Below are positions 57,971 to 60,562 of a DNA stretch of 60,562 nucleotides, in pieces. A program made the translations under genes and the position numbers. The notes beneath the pieces are model-generated. The model searched no databases. It worked only from the letters and a program-made list of their open reading frames with translations, and was not told where the DNA came from. Numbering within the stretch: the first letter of the stretch is position 1; each line of letters opens with the position of its first letter. The stretch is taken from IMG/VR virus record IMGVR_UViG_3300032232_000510, positions 1-60,562 of that record. One strand, written 5' to 3'. The stretch comes from a virus (Duplodnaviria; Caudoviricetes).

Positions 57971-58231
57971 TTACCATTTCACCTTATTAGCCCAGTAGGC
58001 CGCAGACATTGGCCCTTTTGCAATGTTCTTGGCATGTCGTGCCTTGAACGCATCGTTTCGAGCAGACCCATCAGGACTGCCCTTAGCCCCCTGTTGACCG
58101 AAGTGAATTGTCTTCACCTGATCGCCAACCTTTGCCACTACAACATGGCTTTTTTTAGGATTGTTGGGAGTAGCCTTGGGTTTGTTATACCCCGATACTC
58201 CGACTCGCTCTAGCCTTGGGTCTTTGCTCAT
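57971..58231 (-). CDS. Small basic phage protein
   Basis: GYNKPKATP...KSHVVVAK...IHFGQQG...FKARH...SAAYWANKVKW. Confidence 0.75.
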   Translation of the reverse strand: MSKDPRLERVGVSGYNKPKATPNNPKKSHVVVAKVGDQVKTIHFGQQGAKGSPDGSARNDAFKARHAKNIAKGPMSAAYWANKVKW

Positions 58232-60562
58232 AATTCAGCCTCTTCCATTACGGCACGTTTGTTTGCTTTAGTAAATTGAACACCGCCAGCGGTATCTTTT
58301 TCGCGTTGCCGTTGAGCTTGGGGAGCCTTAAGCAGCGTCGAAAGAGGTTGCCTAGTGTATCCTTTTTCCATACGAACTTGTTGCAGTTTCATCCACGCTT
58401 CCCGAGCCTTTGACGCATCTTCGGAATCGCCTTCGCGCATTGCCCTGACGTAATCTTTTGTGATTTGCTGTGCGCGGTCTTTAAAACGCTGGTCTTGATC
58501 TCGAATAACTTGCTGGCGCTCATAAACTCGAGTTTGCTCTACCGGGCTAATACCAATAGCTTGCAGCGCTGTATCAACCCCACTAACTTCTTCAGGAGGT
58601 AAAACAACATCCCCGTTACGCCGGGTCATACCTTCGGTAGAAATCCGGTAGGCTTTCATTGCGTCCCCAACACCCTTGGGCATCATGCGCTCTAAACCTT
58701 TATACCAATCACCGGACATCATCAGTCCCAATCCATCCACTTGGTTGGCGATCATACCTAAAGAAGCCCCACCGACCAAAGTTCCAAACGTCTGGGCCAA
58801 CCCGGCTTTAGTCGTTACATCCGCATTGTTGAACGGCAATACCGACAACATATTTCCCGCTCCAACTTTTCCTGAAATATCCATTCCAGCGAGAGTGGGC
58901 GCACCCCTCAAAACAAGGTTTGATGTACCTTCGTCTCCAATGGCTTTACGAATTTCTTCTTCAACATCGTACTTGTCATCCTCGTCACTAAACATTTTGC
59001 CGATAGCCCATGCTATTGCGGAATAACCCGGAAGACCCATAACCCCAGCCAAAGTCGCAGTGTGGCCGAGCGAGTAGCCCAAAGCCTTCAAAGCCGCAGC
59101 GCGTTCTCGACCTTGCAAAGCATCTTTAATTAGCTTGGCATGGAAAGCCAACTGGATAAGCTGAAACTTGCGGAACTGCAACATAACCTTGCCGACTGGG
59201 TTGTTGAATGCCCGTGGCGCGTTAAACGCGGTGTAGTCACCGTGGGTGTCCGTCAGAATTTGGTCAGCGTAATCTAGTGCTTTAGTCTTGTCATTTGTTT
59301 TGGCTAACTCTAGACGATAGGCTGCAATGCCGCTCGACAAACGATTGATAGACTCAACTTTCTGAACAGCCAAGCGCATGGCTTTATCCACGGAATTAAG
59401 TTTTTCCCGAACGTAGCCTTCACCTTCAACTCGGAACTCACCAATCTCGCTATCCAATCCAATATCAATCTTGCCGCGATTGACCAACTCTTTGATTGCA
59501 TCACGCACATCCGCAGGTACTTTGCTGAAGTCAAACTGTTGTTTAAGCAGTTTGCTGCCCTTCATCACATCACCCAGTTCCGTATACGCTTTAAACAACG
59601 CACCCGAAGCTTCTGTGTAGCCGTGACGCCCTGCCATAGAAGGCACAGTCATAATCCAAGGCTGGGTTAAGTTCTGTAGGTAGTACGCAGGGCTTGTTGC
59701 CAAGAAATACAACGACGAAACTCTAGTCAGTTTGTTAGTCCAAGGGTTTTGATGGTAGTCCATCGACTGAATATACCGACGCGATAACTCATTAAAGATT
59801 TCAGATTTACGTTCGCGGTTTCCAGTCTTAGCGTCGTTACGCATTTTCTGAAGTGATTTTTGCACCTGTGGGTTGTACTGCACCGAAGCCATCAACTGAG
59901 CATCTGCGCGGCCTTGTTGGGCAAACGACTGCACCATATCAACTTCACCGGCTACCCCACGACGGCGCATTTCGGATTTACGAGCGCTGTTTTCTGCCAA
60001 GGCTTCCAAGTACATTTGGCTGATAACACCAAGCAGTTTGGACGACGATTTATCTCCGGCTAAATTTTCGGTTGCGGCTGCTGCTTCCACACGGGAACGC
60101 ATACTAGCAAGTTCGCGCAAAGCACTGGCCCCGCCATATAGACTATTTACAGCATCATCGCGCTCAAGTATCTGCACATCTTGGAAGAAACCTTGGTCTT
60201 GAAGTTGCGACTGCAAAGTACGAGCGTCCCACTTACCATCAGTAAAACTCACATGGTAATGGTTTGGGTCAGACTCCAACTCTTTAATGCGCTTGGTATT
60301 TTTAGCCAACTCCGCTTGTATGTACTCAGTAGATTTTGCAACAACCGCATTGCTGCCAGTACGTTTAATTGGAGCATAGGGTAAACCCTCACGAACTTTA
60401 AACAAAGTTTTGAACCGCTTGAGCGTGGCAGCTTTTTCAGATTCCAGTTTTGCCTTAACCACAAGGTCGCCCGCATCTTGAGCCGCCTTAATCATGGCAT
60501 CGTACTCAGTTACAGCAGAGTCCAGTACAACTTTCTTTTTCTGGGCCAGCACAGTTGCACCG
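58228..60562 (-). CDS. C-terminal part of the giant polyvalent protein (PLxRFG-like region)
   Basis: Open to the window end and in frame with the ORF leaving position 1; PYAPIKRTG, THGDY, QFRKFQ motifs. Confidence 0.8.
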   Translation of the reverse strand, partial: GATVLAQKKKVVLDSAVTEYDAMIKAAQDAGDLVVKAKLESEKAATLKRFKTLFKVREGLPYAPIKRTGSNAVVAKSTEYIQAELAKNTKRIKELESDPNHYHVSFTDGKWDARTLQSQLQDQGFFQDVQILERDDAVNSLYGGASALRELASMRSRVEAAAATENLAGDKSSSKLLGVISQMYLEALAENSARKSEMRRRGVAGEVDMVQSFAQQGRADAQLMASVQYNPQVQKSLQKMRNDAKTGNRERKSEIFNELSRRYIQSMDYHQNPWTNKLTRVSSLYFLATSPAYYLQNLTQPWIMTVPSMAGRHGYTEASGALFKAYTELGDVMKGSKLLKQQFDFSKVPADVRDAIKELVNRGKIDIGLDSEIGEFRVEGEGYVREKLNSVDKAMRLAVQKVESINRLSSGIAAYRLELAKTNDKTKALDYADQILTDTHGDYTAFNAPRAFNNPVGKVMLQFRKFQLIQLAFHAKLIKDALQGRERAAALKALGYSLGHTATLAGVMGLPGYSAIAWAIGKMFSDEDDKYDVEEEIRKAIGDEGTSNLVLRGAPTLAGMDISGKVGAGNMLSVLPFNNADVTTKAGLAQTFGTLVGGASLGMIANQVDGLGLMMSGDWYKGLERMMPKGVGDAMKAYRISTEGMTRRNGDVVLPPEEVSGVDTALQAIGISPVEQTRVYERQQVIRDQDQRFKDRAQQITKDYVRAMREGDSEDASKAREAWMKLQQVRMEKGYTRQPLSTLLKAPQAQRQREKDTAGGVQFTKANKRAVMEEAEL

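Noticed and set aside
1-60562. Stop-codon reassignment
   Set aside because: Core genes are full length in the standard code and TAA, TAG and TGA all serve as stops.

Overview
The window appears to be a near-complete or complete ~60.6 kb tailed-phage genome with podovirus-like organisation. A betaproteobacterial/freshwater host is only my inference from recalled gene content. The minus-strand arm (35118 down to 1, continuing 60562 down to 57751) carries an RHH regulator, terminase, portal, scaffold, capsid, adaptors, several fibres, a lysis cassette and ejection proteins. The plus-strand arm (35646-57668) carries many small early genes, a MoxR-like AAA/vWA-metallopeptidase module, family A DNA polymerase, nucleases, an SNF2-like helicase, an SSB-like protein and a primase-helicase. 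I saw no integrase, tRNA, CRISPR array or reverse transcriptase. Four observations stand out. (1) A giant ORF missing from the ORF track (6218 down to 1) joins in frame to 60562-58228; hand translation shows a YkuD-type L,D-transpeptidase domain, two zincin-like motifs and a sigma70-region-4-like HTH. (2) A 965-aa Gly-X-X protein has four separate repeat blocks that all share an exact 81-nt/27-aa period. (3) That gene lies in a cassette with two 2OG-Fe(II) oxygenases, a CxxCxxCC protein and a glutaredoxin-like protein, a candidate fibre-modification system. (4) The switch region between the arms holds a G-tract, a hairpin-dense leader and an iteron-like repeat array. All family assignments come from motif recognition by eye, not from database searches.
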